DNA of 64,000 nucleotides from Mobula birostris (taxonomy: Eukaryota): NCBI RefSeq assembly GCF_030028105.1, contig NC_092376.1:125858230-125922229 (forward strand), in the 5' to 3' direction. The notes under the pieces were generated by a model, which was not told the origin of the DNA, made no database searches, and was given only the letters and a program-made list of their open reading frames with translations. Positions 25,205-37,509 of this stretch are shown piece after piece; position 1 is the first letter of the stretch, and the number at the start of each line of letters is the position of its first letter. A program made the translations under genes and the position numbers.

Positions 25205-28000
25205 ATAGAACATAGAACATAGAACATAGAATAGTACAGCACAGTACAGGCCCTTCGTCCCACAATGTTGTGCCGACCCTCAAACCCTGCCTCCCATATA
25301 AGCCCCCACCTTAGATTCCTCCATATACCTGTCTAGTAGTCTCTTAAACTTCACTAGTGTATCTGCCTCCACCACTGACTCAGGCAGTGCATTCCACGCA
25401 CCAACCACTCTCTGAGTAAAAAACCTTCCTCTAATATCCCCCTTGAACTTCCCACCCCTTACCTTAAAGCCATGTCCTTTTGTATTGAACAGTGGTGCCC
25501 TGGGGAAGAGGCGCTGGCTATCCACTCTACCTATTCCTCTTATTATCTGGTACACCTCTATCATGTCTCCTCTCATCCTCCTTCTCCCCAAAGAGTAAAG
25601 CCCTAGCTCCCTTAATCTCTGATCATAATGCATACTCTCTAAACCAGGCAGCATCATGGTAAATCTCCACTGTACCCTTTCCAATGCTTCCACATCCTTC
25701 CTATAGTGAGGTGACCAGAAATGGACACAGTACTCCAAGTGTGGCCTAACCAGAGTTTTATAGAGCTGCATCAATACATCGTGACTCTTAAGCTCTATCC
25801 CTCGACTTATAAAAGCTAACACCCCATAAGCTTTTTTAACTACCCTATCCACCTGTGAGGCAACTTTCAGGGATCTGAGGACATGTACCCCCAGACCCCT
25901 CTGCTCCTCCACACTACCAAGTATCCTGCCATTTACTTTGTACTCTGCCTTGGAGTTTGTCCTTCCAAAGTGTACCACCTCACACTTCTCCGGGTTGAAC
26001 TTCATCTGCCACTTCTCAGCCCACTTCTGCATCCTATCAATGTCTCTCTGCAATCTTTGACAGTCCTCTACACTATCTACAACACCACCAACCTTTGTGT
26101 CGTCTTCAAACTTGCCAACCCACCCTTCTACCCCAACATCCAGGTCCTTAATAAAAATCATGAAAAGTAGAGGTCCCAGCACAGATCCTTGTGGGCCACC
26201 ACTAGTCACAATCCTCCAATCTAAATGTACTCCCTCCACCACAACCCTCTGCCTTCTGCAGGCAAGCCAATTCTGAATCCACCTGGCCAAATTTCCCTGG
26301 ATCCCACGCCTTCTGACTTTCTGAGTAAGCCTACCATGTGGAACCTTGTCAAATGCCTTACTAAAATCCATATAGATCACATCCACTGCACTACCCTCAT
26401 CTATATGCCTGGTCACCTCCTCAAAGAACTCTATCAGGCTTGTTAGACACGATCTGCCCTTCACAAAGCCATGCTAACTGTCCTTGATCAGACCATGATT
26501 CTCTAAATACCCAGAGATCCTGTCTCTAAGAATCTTTTCCAACAGCTTTCCCACCACAGATGTAAGGCTCACTGGTCTATAATTACCTGGACGATCCCTA
26601 CTACCCTTTTTGAACAAGGGGACAACATTCGCCTCCCTCCAATCGTCCGGTACCATTCCTGTGGACAATGAGGACATAAAGATCCTAGCCAGAGGTTCAG
26701 CAATCTCTTCCCTCGCCTCGTGGAGCAGCCTGGCGAATATTCCGTCAGGCCTCGGGGACTTATCTGTCCTAACGTATTTTAACAACTCCAACATCTCCTC
26801 TCCCTTAATATCAACATGCTCCAGAACATCAACCTCACTCATATTGTCCTCACCATCATCAAGTTCCCTCTCATTGGTGAATACCGAAGAGAAGTATTCA
26901 TTGAAGACCTCGTTCACTTCCACAGCCTCCAGGCACATCTTCCCACCTTTATCTCTAATCGGTCCTACCTTCACTCCTGTCATCCTTTTTTTCTTCACAT
27001 AATTGAAGAATGCCTTGGAGTTTTCCTTTACCCTTCTTGCCAAGGCCTTCTCATGCCCCCTTCTTGCTCTTCTCAGCCCCTTATTAAGCTCCTTTCTTGC
27101 TTTCCTATATTCCTCAATAGACCCATCTGATCCTTGCTTCCTAAACCTCTTGTATGCTGCCTTCTTCCACCTGACTAGATTTTCCACCTCACTTGTCACC
27201 CATGGTTCCTTCACCCTACCATTCTTTATCTTCCTCACCGGGACAAATTTATCCCTAACATCCTGCAAGAGATCTCTAAACATTGACTACATGTCCATAG
27301 TACATTTCCCTGCAAAAACATCATCCCAATTCATACCCGCAAGTTCTAGCCTTATAGCCTCACAATTTGCCCTTCCCCAATTAAAAATTTTCCTGTCCTC
27401 TCTGATTCTATCCTTTTCCATGATAGTGCTAAAGGCCAGGGAGCGGTGGTTACTGTCCCCCAGATGCTCACCCACTGAGAGATCTGTGACCTGACCCGGT
27501 TCATTACCTAGTACTAGATCTAGTATGGTATTTCCCCTAGTCGGCCTGTCCACGTATTGTGACAGGAATCCGTCCTGGACACACTTAACAAACTCTGCCC
27601 CATCTAAACCCTTGGAACTAATCAGGTGCCAATCAATATTAGGGAAGTTAAAGTCACCCATGATAACAACCCTGTTATTTTTGCACCTTTCTGAAATCTG
27701 CCTCCCAATCTGCTCCTTGATATCTCTGCTGCTACCAGGGGGCCTATAGAATACCCCCAGTAGAGTAACTGCTCCCTTCCTGTTCCTGACTTCCACCCAT
27801 ACTGACTCAAAAGAGGATCCTGCTACATTACCCACCCTTTCTGTAGCTGTAATAGTATTCCTGACAGTAATGCCACCCCTCCTCCCCTTTTTCTGCCCTC
27901 TCTATCTCTTTTAAAGCACTGAAATCCAGGGATATTGAGAATCCATTTCTGCCCTGGTGCCAGCGAAGTCTCTGTAATGGCCACTACATCATAATTCCAT
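25205..28000 (-). mobile_element. Young CR1 LINE ORF2, 5'-truncated in the endonuclease, inserted in L1
   Basis: ORFs 27287-27835, 26474-27283 and 25280-26464 share one frame, separated only by two in-frame stops. Motifs GDFNFP, LGDSNH, QGSVLGP, KFEDDTK (for FADD); (ATAGAAC)n tail at 25205-25235. Confidence 0.97.
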
Positions 28001-28260
28001 ACAAAACAAGTGTCATACAAAAATGGCATATTTAAAAAGAGTGGGAAAAGGAGTTGGGTACAGAGATAGAGAAGGTTATATGGAATGAGGCTTTGGAGTA
28101 TGTTAACTCCTGTTCCATCAATGCCAGGCATTGCTTAATACAATTTAAAATCCTACATAGACTACATTACTCAAAAGTAAGGATTCAAAAAATATTCCCA
28201 GAGGTGACCCCAATGTGTGAGAAATGCAAGTCCTCAGAGGCAAATTTGTTACACAGTTAT

Positions 28261-28926
28261 TAGATTAGATTATGAAAACACTCAGTCCTCTTTTATTGTC
28301 ATTTAGAAATGTATACATGCATTAAGAAATGATACAACGTTCCTCCGGAGTGATATCACAGAAAACAGGACAAACCAAAGTCTAACACTGACAGAACCAC
28401 GTAATTATAACATATAGTTACCGCAGTGCAAAGCAATACCATAATTTGATGAAGAACAAACCATGGGCACGGTAAATAAAGTCTCAAAAGTTCCCAAGCC
28501 AATCGACTCCCGAGTCCCTGATAGCAGGCGACAAAAGGGAGAAACTCCCTGCCATAAACCTCCAGGCACCATCAACTTGCCGATGCCTTGGAAGCAGCTG
28601 ACCACAGCCAATACTGAGTCCATCCACCCGAAAACGTCAAGCTTCCGACCAGCCTCTCCTATACAGCTTCCCGAGCGCCATCCTCTGCTGAGTGTCTTCA
28701 ACCTCGCCCCAGCTGCTGAAACACACAAAGCCGAGGATTTTGGGGCCTTCTGCTCTGGAGATTCTGGTTACCACACAGTAGCAGTGGCAGCGAAGCGGGC
28801 ATTTCAGAAGTTTTCCAGATGTTCCTCCGTACTCTCACGTCCATCTCCATCAAATCAGAATTGTGCACGGTCCCCTACTTGACAGATACAGACATCACCA
28901 CCCAAGTGGCCGCGTGTGCTGCCGTT
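28261..28926 (-). mobile_element. 666-bp non-autonomous retroposon with a Rex1-type 3' tail
   Basis: TSD GTTAT (28256-28260, 28927-28931); removing the insert restores the L1 frame LLHSY/ALCPRIQEY. Minus 3' end TGACAATAAA...(AATCT)n. No RT homology seen. Confidence 0.75.
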
Positions 28927-30096
28927 GTTATGCTTTATGTCCCAGGATACAAGAGTATTAGAAGTAAGTATTTGAGGTCATATTGAAGGTATTAAAGGTT
29001 CAGATAATACCAGACCCTATGTTAATAATTTTTGGAACTTCTGCAAGGTCAAATAAATTCCAGGCTACCCAGCAACAACTCCCGACCTATGGCATACTTA
29101 ATGGAAAGAAACTCATACAGATGTTCTGGAAAAAGGAGGAAACTCCATCACTCAGACAATGGCTGGCTGCATTAACGGATACTCTGCAACTAGAGAGGAT
29201 ATGATACATTATCAAGGACAGACTCAAGGAATTTAGAAAAATCTGGCAACCATTACTGTTGTATTTAGAAGAGACTGACAGCTGAACTAAGTGTGTGGGG
29301 GCGGGGGGGGGGGGCTGGTAGGACCTAAACAGCACATACGGGAGGGGTGAGGGGAGGGGAGGGCTGGGAAGGGGAAAGGAGACAGGGTAGTAGGGTTTCC
29401 TTTGCTTTTTGCTTGTTTACTATACATACATTCATTTGATTTTCCTTATGTTGTTATAAGAAAAAAAAGTAAACAGAAGCATTGTACTTTAGGACATTGT
29501 CGGTTGTGGTTAAGCTGATGTTACTTCACAATAAAAAAACATTTGAAACATATGTTTATTCTGTAAGCATACATTGAATTTCATTGTACCTTGGTGAGTC
29601 GGACAATAAACTAAATAAATCTAAATCTACGAAAAGCTTCATCATCGGAACAAGCTTAACGAATGTCAAGGAACTGAAAGGATAGAATGTGGTCATCACA
29701 AGGGGCAGTGTGAGATGAAGTATAGTCAAGAAAGTTGTGGGAGTCCTTGGGTTTATAATGAATGTCTGTGGCTGAACTGGAGACAGACAGACAGATCCAG
29801 GAAACAAAAGCAAGTACCAGACATGGACCATATGTAGGTGAGAGCAGGATAGAAAAGTGTTGAAAGGTTCAACTTCTGCATGAGTACAGGAAGATTATTC
29901 TTGTACTGGAGAAAGAACTGAGAGAGAAAAGCTGAGTAGGACAAAATCAAAACCATTCTGCATACCCCACCAAAGAAGAATTACACCTTAGGCTTATATG
30001 AGTTTTTACAGCTATATCTTTGATCTGGAGAAAGTGAATGGAGTTGAAGAAGAAGTTATGCTTTTTGAGGACAAAATAAGCCAGGCAAATAAGTGT

Positions 30097-30388
30097 GTGG
30101 GCAAGTGGTGAAGGCATTCATCTAGTGATCTGAAGGTCGCTAGTTCGAGCCTCAGCTGAGGCAGTGTGTTGTGTCCTTGAGCAAGGCACTTAACCACATA
30201 TTGCTCTGTGCCAACCTGTATGGGTCCTAATACCCTTCCATTGGACAACATTGGTGGCATGGAGAGGGGAGACTTGCAGCATGGGCAACTGCCGACCTTC
30301 CATACAACCTTGACCAGGCCTGCACCCTAGAAACCTTCCAAGGCACAAATCCATGGTCTAACGAGACTAACGGATGCCTATAAAATAT
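30097..30388 (+). mobile_element. tRNA-derived CORE-type SINE with a 21-bp TSD
   Basis: A-box TGGGCAAGTGG, B-box GTTCGAGCC, CORE-like TGTGTCCTTGAGCAAGGCACTTAAC. Exact TSD ATAAGCCAGGCAAATAAGTGT at 30076-30096 and 30389-30409. Confidence 0.9.
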
Positions 30389-30674
30389 ATAAGCCAGGCA
30401 AATAAGTGTATTGTTGGAGAGGGAAGAATTGGAGTTGGCCTCCATTCTGTCAAGAAATATAGAGGAGGCTTGACCTAAAAGCAGATTTAGCAGTGAATGA
30501 TAAGTTTAATAATAGACTACTAAATAACACTGGACAGCAAAGATTTTGCTTCCTGAATAATTTTGGCTGTATCTTATCGATTTTGGGTGGCTGATCATGG
30601 AAACCACCATGAAATTTCCCTATTGTGTACTTTTTTTTTAAAAAATCACCCATATTTGTTATTTCAAATCATAA

Positions 30675-31399
30675 GTCACACTCATATCCCTATCTACATC
30701 AACGGAACTGTAGTGGAGCGTGAATCAAGCTTCAAGTCACTTGGTGTCCACATTTCTGAGGATCTCACCTGGTCCCTGAACTCCTCCATCCTGATCAAAA
30801 AGGCGCAACAGCACCTTTATTTCCTGCGGAGCATGAAGAAAGCTCACCTCTGTCCCAGGGTATTGATGGACTTTTACCACTGTACCATTGAGAGCATACT
30901 CACCAACTGCATCTCAGTGTGGTATGGCAATTGTCCCGTATCGGACCGCAAAGCACTCCAGCGTGTGGTGAAAACTGCCCAGTGGATTATCAGCATCCAA
31001 TTGCCCACCATTGAGTACATCTACAATAAACACTGCCTGGGCAGGGCGAAAAGCATTATCAGGGATGCATCCAACCTTAACCATGGACTTTTTACTCTCC
31101 TCCCATCCAGTAGGCACTACAGGAGCCTTCGCTCCCGCACCAACAGGCACAGGAAGAGCTTCTTCACTGAGACTGTGACACTGCTGAACCTCACATCACA
31201 GTGCTAAGCAGTATTGCACCCATATTGGACTGTCTCAGTACTTAAATATTTGTGTGCTGTAGCACTTTTTTTATTCACAGTTATTTTGTAAAGAACACTA
31301 TTCTTTGCATTTCTGGTCAGATGCTAAATGCATTTCACTGGCTTTGTATCTGTACTCGGCACAATGACAATAAAGTTGAATCTAGCCTAATCTAATCTA
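30675..31399 (+). mobile_element. Rex1/Babar 3' fragment nested in Chapaev3
   Basis: Open C-terminal ORF (SLGVHISEDLTWS, KKAQQHLYFLR, TIESILTNCISVWYG); tail TGACAATAAA..(AATCT)n; possible ATAA TSD. Confidence 0.9.
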
Positions 31400-31701
31400 A
31401 TAATTCAAGCTAATTAAAATGTTGCCAATAAAGTAGGCTGAAAAGTTTTCTATCTTGTCCAGACATGCCTGGATATGTTTAAGTACGACGGATGTTGCAT
31501 GGCAGAACAGGAAAGGCTATACCTTTCCATGAAGGAGTTTAGGATTTGAAATTTACTTCCCCGAACAATGGATGTCAAGATTAAGGAAGGAATTTTTGTT
31601 GGTTCACAAATCAAACAGGTCATCAATGACAGGCAATTCGATGAACTTCTAGTGGGACCAGAGAAAATAACATAAAAGGTAATCAAGGATGTTCTTGAAA
31701 A

Positions 31702-32708
31702 GTTACAGAAAAAATTTTAGTTTTAAACCCCTATCAGAAGACTTTAATAGCAATTATTTATGATCCGATTACAAAAATACATCTAGATACATCTGATAAA
31801 ATTAAGTATGAGTGGGAAAGAGAACTTCAAACATCTTTATCTACAGAGAAATGGGAAAAAGTTCTTCAGTTAGTCAACACTTCCTCAGATACACCTTGAT
31901 ATAATTTAAGGTGGTTCACAGGGTTCATATGTCCAAGGATAAGCTCGCTCGTTTTTAGTGCCACATAAATCCTGTTTGTGATATATGTAAATCTGAGGTA
32001 GCTTCCTTGACACACTTGTTCTGGTCTTGTCCTCTTCTAGAAAAATATGGGAAAGATATTTTTGATATTATTTCAGTAGTTCTGCGTATTGATTTACAAC
32101 TTTACCCTATTACTGCAATTTTTGTACTGCCAGTGATAGACTCCAGTTGTTTATCCTTGTCAGCTTGTCATCTAATTGCATTTGTTACATTAATAGCCAG
32201 AAGATCCATTTTATTTAAATGGAAAGATTCTAATACCCCCACTACATTTCAATGGTTTTCCCAAACGATGGCATGCCTAAACTTGGAAAAAATTAGGAGT
32301 TGTACTATGGATCTTTCGGTTAAATTTGAAGAAACTTGGAGGCCACTTATTCAATATTTTCATATGATGTAAGTTGACCCTCTCTGAATCTTTTGTAGTA
32401 ATTTTTTTGTTCATGTATAGAGGAGCGGAGTTAACGACAAATTATAATTTTAGCCGATGTAATATGACAGCCCAAGCTTTGTTTTTTTTTAGTTCATTTT
32501 TCTTTAGTTTAGGGGGTTTTCTTTGTTTTTTTCTCTTTATAAAATAGCTTTTTCATGGTCAGTTACTTGAGATTGGGAGGCTAAACTATATTTGTTACTT
32601 GGAGTCTGTGCTTGTTCATGTTAACTGTTATTATTGTAATCCCGATCTAAATGTATTATTACTATGTTTAATTTTGAAACTTAATAAAAAGATTGAAAAA
32701 GAAAGAAA
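31702..32708 (+). mobile_element. L1 3' fragment nested in the Chapaev3 transposase
   Basis: EWERELQ, LTHLFWSCP, ARRSILFKWK, KFEETWRPLI; AATAAA and A-rich tail; TSD GAAAA (31697-31701, 32709-32713). Removal restores the transposase frame DVLE/NFLGN. Confidence 0.9.
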
Positions 32709-34295
32709 GAAAATTTTCTTGGCAACTAGAGAACCAAACTACATGCAGCTGGTTGACAACATGCTTCAAGCATACAAAACCAGTAAATGTAACATATCGC
32801 TATAGATTCATATTCTGTATTCCCATCTAGACAACTTCCCTGCACATCTTGGCGCTGTCAGTGAGGAGCAGGGTGAAAGGTTCCACCAGGAGATTGCAGT
32901 TATGGGGAAACGGTATCAGGGCAACTGGAATCCATCAATGCTGGCTGATTATTGTTGGACACAAGTGAGAAGCCTCGGACACTGAGCACAAGTGAACATC
33001 ATCACAAACGATTTTAGCTTAGTTGAACTATTGCAAAGCTTCAGAGCCATTATGCAATTAAATGTGTTTCATTCAATGAAAGTTAATTTCTTGTTCCTCC
33101 AAATTCGCACATGATACGAGCAGTCTGAAAGTATGACTGTGTTCAGCTTCAAGCGGTCTATCAACAAAAAAAATTCTGAGGAAGCAACACCTCCAAAAAA
33201 AAATTGCTGTCCAGTGTAATAAGCCACAAGGGGCCACAAAACAAGAGAGAACAGAAACTAAACACAGAAGGCAACGAGGTAAACTTCAGGCAGGGAGAGT
33301 AAAAGCTAAGAGCAACTGGTTGAGGCCAGCTGGTTTGGTGAGTGAACAAAGGCTGTGAATGAGAAATGGGGTTAAATAGGCTGAGGTGATGAGTCTGGAA
33401 TGAACATCAGGTGATTACTATTAACCAGGAGGTGCCTGCTTAGGCAGGGAGGTGTCAGCGGGACTAGGACTGACAGGACTGCTCACACCCTGCTGCCGGC
33501 CCCCAATGGTCCAAGGTGATCTGGAAGGGTCAGGTGGAACTCATCAATGAGATCCAAGATGTACGTGGACCACTCCTCCAGGGTGCACCCTTCCCAGTTG
33601 CCCAAGTACTGCACACCATATCCACAGCAACGTGAATCCAGCAACCAGCGAGCCGTGTGTACTGGATCAACTTCCAGCATCCTAGGTTGCAGACACAGGT
33701 GAGTAGAGTGGACCATAGAGAACAGGCTTGAGGCAGGACACAAGGAAGGTAGGTGTGATCCTGACAGATGGGGGCAGCTGGAGATGGTAAGTGACTGGAC
33801 TGATGCGATGGTTGACTAGGGACTGATGAACTGGGCCAAAAGCTTGCAGGAGTCAATGTACAGGGGTAGATATTGTGTGGACAGCCAGACATGGTTCCCA
33901 GGCTGGAGCGGTTGGCCTGTTGGCAGTAAGCATGGTTGGCAGCTAGGATGACACTTCGTGCCCTCCTCCAAGTATTCTTGCAGCAAGCAAGCCAGGGCCC
34001 TGGTGAATGAGATCTCCATCTTGGGCTCCTCCATGGGGAACAATGAGGGTTGTAGCAATAAAATACTTCAAACATACCCATGACATACCCGTAGCAGAGG
34101 AGCTGTGTAGATTGTGAGACAGCTCATTCCAGAACTTCTTCCATGTGGAAGTCTTAGGGTGGCAAAGCAATCCAGAAACTTCTCCACTTGCTGATTGGTT
34201 CACTTAGACCACTGGTCTGTGGATGATAACTCACTGAGGTGCAGAAGAGGGAGCAGAAGGCTCATCAGAATCAGTCCACCACTGTCACCACTGTC

Positions 34296-34575
34296 AAGAC
34301 CAGAGGACACAGCCTCAGAATAGTGGGTCATCCACTTAGAATGGAGATGGAGGAATTTCTTTCACCAGAGAGTGGTGAATCTGTGGAGACCAAGTCTTAA
34401 TGTATATTTAAGGCAGAGGTTGATGGATTCTTCATTGGTCAGGGCATGAAGGGATATGGAGGTAGGCAGAAGATTGGGGCTGAGAGAAAAAATGGATCAA
34501 CCATGATGAAATGGCAGGGCAGACATAATGGGCCAAATTGCCTAATTCTGCTCCTATATCTTATAATCTTAAGGT
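34296..34575 (+). mobile_element. CR1 3' fragment
   Basis: ACCAGAGGACACAGCCTCAGAATA..CAGAGAGTGGTGAATCTGTGG..CCTAATTCTGCTCCTATATCTTAT. Confidence 0.85.
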
Positions 34576-37509
34576 CTTTTGATCAAAATAGCCCCATCAG
34601 AAGCTGGCAAACCCCTGATGAAATCCATGGCAATGTGGGACCAAGGATATCACGGGACTGGTAGAGGCTGCAGGAGCCTAGAGAGCTGCTTCTTGGAGGA
34701 ATTTGGCCAGGCTCACTGAGAGCAGACAGTGATCAAACTGACATACATCTGCAAACATGGTGTACCACCAGGGTAGGTTAAAAGGTTATCACTAGACTGG
34801 GCCAAAGGGTCTATACTGTGTGAAGTGTTCTAAGTTCTATGTTCTATTAACATGCAAGATTAGGCTGACAGATACTATGATAGACTGTTTGTTACGGTTA
34901 TCAGAAAGCTTGCAAAGCTGTGTCAAAGAGAATGAAGGAATCCGAAATCAAACTCTGTCAGGTATTGGAGTCCATCCTGTCTACCATGAACGCAGTGGCC
35001 AATTTCACCAACGCGCTCTGAACCATGATGCAGAACCTGAGGTCTGGATGCTGCAACGAACCTCCAGCAGGCTCAGATTCTTGCTCTCATACTGGTTTTC
35101 AGAAGAGGTCACACTGATTCAAAGCAGTCTGGCTACCTGGCTTACATCAGATGAGCTGGAGTGCTCAGACACTGTCCCATGCAAATCAAGGGCTACATGG
35201 ATCATGAACCCCTCTCACATTGAAAGTGTTGCCAAACCTACAACTGCCACTCCATGGGCTCCATTGCTGCTGACTACAGCTACCTTAGACCTCTGGTTCC
35301 TATGCTGAGAACAGCTGCATTACAAAGCTGGGCCTCCCCGGGGTCATTGACCTGAAATGTCAATGTGGTTCCTCGTTCCCAAAGTACTGCCCGACCTGCT
35401 GAGTGTTTCCAGCATTTTCTGCTTCTATTTTCAGTTTTTTAGCACGCACAGTTATTTTTTATTTTCATCTCCTGGGCACAGAGTCATTAACGGTCATCCA
35501 ATCAGCCCACTTGCAATCTGCTCCACTGAAAATCAGCAGCCTTCCACCAGCATGCTACAACCACTAGAAAGGCATTGCGGAACAACACAGGCACACAAGA
35601 AATCAGCACTATGGGAAGGCTTCTGGAAAAGAAGCCAAGTACCAGATAAAGACTATGTGAAGGTGAGGGTATACAGTTTAGAATTTTTATTTTGTTGTGG
35701 CTTTTATTTTTACACCATGGTCCTTCAGATACTGCCTCTGCCTCACATTTCCAGAGCGGATCAATGGGGCTGGTAACTACATTCAAAATGGAAAAGACCT
35801 ATGCAATGCACAAAATGGTGCAGGAACTCTACAGGTGAGGCAGCATCTATGGAGGGGAATAAACAATACTCTTGTCTTTCTCTTTCTCCATTGCCTCTGC
35901 TTTCTCCTTCATTTCCTCCTTCCCCCTCCTGTTCTTCAGGAGCTTGCCCTAACTGAAGTAGCATGACTGGACTCTCGGTGTGGTGAAGCCAGCACCTGAC
36001 AGCCCAAAATCTCAGAACTTATTCTGATCAAGTACTGCAAGGCTCCTGCAGAGACCAATAGAAAGACTCAGTTGCCTAATTTTCTCCCCTCCCACCCCCC
36101 ATGGTTTGACATAGTGCTCCATCAGCAACCAGCAGAGAAACTACGGTTGAATGAAAGCATCATGAGTTTTGCCAGGATATCAGGCATTGTCCTTCATTAT
36201 CCATGGTCACACCAGGTGCACTGGGGAATTAAAATCCCTTATAATTTCAGTGTAGGTGAGAAGCAATATGCTATTTATTTGAACTAGGTGGTACACAAGG
36301 CCATGGGCAACTTGTAATCTTCACATAGTGTCTGCCTTCTGTGCCAAGAGGACACTAAATGTAGCCAGGCCTCTTTGAGTAGCAAATTGTGAGATGTTGC
36401 AAAATACTTCCAGCTCCAACCAAAGTTTATATCATAACCAACTTGTTATTTACAATTTGATCCCTGTTCTCTTCTGAAGGCCAGAGGTTTAGCTACAGCA
36501 GAAAGCAGATTACATAGAGCATGATGTTACTGAAAGGAATGACTCTCAAAAGTACACCTCTGAGGTTTAGGTATGGGAGTTACATGCTAACCAACCTGGC
36601 AAGATGTATCTTCTGAATTAGACCCTATTTCCACTCATCATTCTTTGTGCCTTCTTCATTTTCCTGGTGGTCTTCCATCCAGGGAATATAGCCCTTAATA
36701 CATGTCTCTGGGAGTGTCCTTCACCACTCCAAAGACATTATAACAACTCTGGAAAGTACCAAATACTTAGAAGCAATGATAAGAGCCAATTAGCAGCAAG
36801 CCGTAAGCAGTTGAAAGTTCCCTTATAAAGTACAGGTGATTGGTGAGTACTTCATGCTAGTTAATACATGTTCAGCCACACAACGATAAGATGAGCTTGA
36901 AATGCAGGTCTGTAATTTCAGATGTCGGCAATCAAATTACACTGCAAACTGATTGATATCACACTCTAACTATACTGGATATTTCCAGTGGGCATTCAAT
37001 ACACATAATGCCATACACATTAATGCCCTCACTAATATGGCATAGCACAACTCCCGGTAAACATGAGCTTGTGGTACTGATAATATTTTGGTCCTCCAAA
37101 AGTTCTCATTACACCACAGAACAGTTCCTGCCAAGTCCAATTTTCCCCTGAGTCTTTTAACTTGTATCGTATGCTGCTACTCAGTAAATTAATACATCCA
37201 TTGTTTCAACATGTCCTGTTATGTATATTAATTTACATCTCTGTACAGCGTAGTCATGTACTTTATATGTAAATGCTTGTCTCAAGTGCTTTCACACGAC
37301 ACTATTTTATAACTTGCTTTAATGAGCTAAACAACAAGGACTCCTCAAGAATTGCATTGTTTCTCAATGGATTCTCTTTTTGTAATCAGATTTTAATAAT
37401 ACAATATTTTATGTCTTGAGTATCAAAAAGTAATTCATTGTTCTAACGAAATACCTTGAGAATCGTTCAATCAAAAGCATCTTGCAGGTTAGTATCAAAG
37501 GATTTCTTC

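Larger units (their letters stand above)
24650..29545 (+). mobile_element. L1-clade LINE 3' portion, split by two insertions (pieces about 24650-25204, 28001-28260, 28927-29545)
   Basis: FTYLGI, GRVNAVKMIFLPQL, GGLALPNFIFYYWAAN, KEWEKELG, LIQFKILHRLHYS, cysteine motif CEKCKS..LLHSYALC; G-rich 3' UTR and AATAAA near 29530. Confidence 0.9.
30528..33216 (+). mobile_element. Chapaev3-type (CMC) DNA transposon, internally deleted, carrying two LINE insertions
   Basis: 13-bp perfect TIRs CACTGGACAGCAA (30528-30540) and TTGCTGTCCAGTG (33204-33216), TAA TSD on both sides. Transposase remnants KIKEGIFVGSQIKQVIND and SHLDNFPAHLGAVSEEQGERFHQEIAVMGKRYQGNWNPSMLADYCW. Confidence 0.85.
30448..34775 (-). 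mobile_element. Second, older sushi-like Gypsy remnant: 3' LTR (30448-30527 plus 33220-33475, split by Chapaev3) and integrase/chromodomain
   Basis: TGTCA at 30448 and TGACA ending 33475. Chromodomain-like VQYLGNWEGCTLEEW; integrase RLLQPLPVP..PWSHIAMDFIRGLPASDG (about 34590-34700). A CR1 3' fragment is inserted at about 34296-34575. No 5' LTR found. Confidence 0.65.

Noticed and set aside
25205-25235. Short tandem repeats (also 51305-51327, 55045-55082, 11115-11133) as CRISPR-like or independent satellites
   Set aside because: They are the microsatellite 3' tails of CR1 and Rex1 LINEs, with no spacers.
34850-36010. 5' half and 5' LTR of the second sushi-like element
   Set aside because: There are only fragmentary, mixed-orientation hints interleaved with PLE ends (about 35345-35435 and 35790-35870). 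I found no LTR match or TSD matching CATTC.
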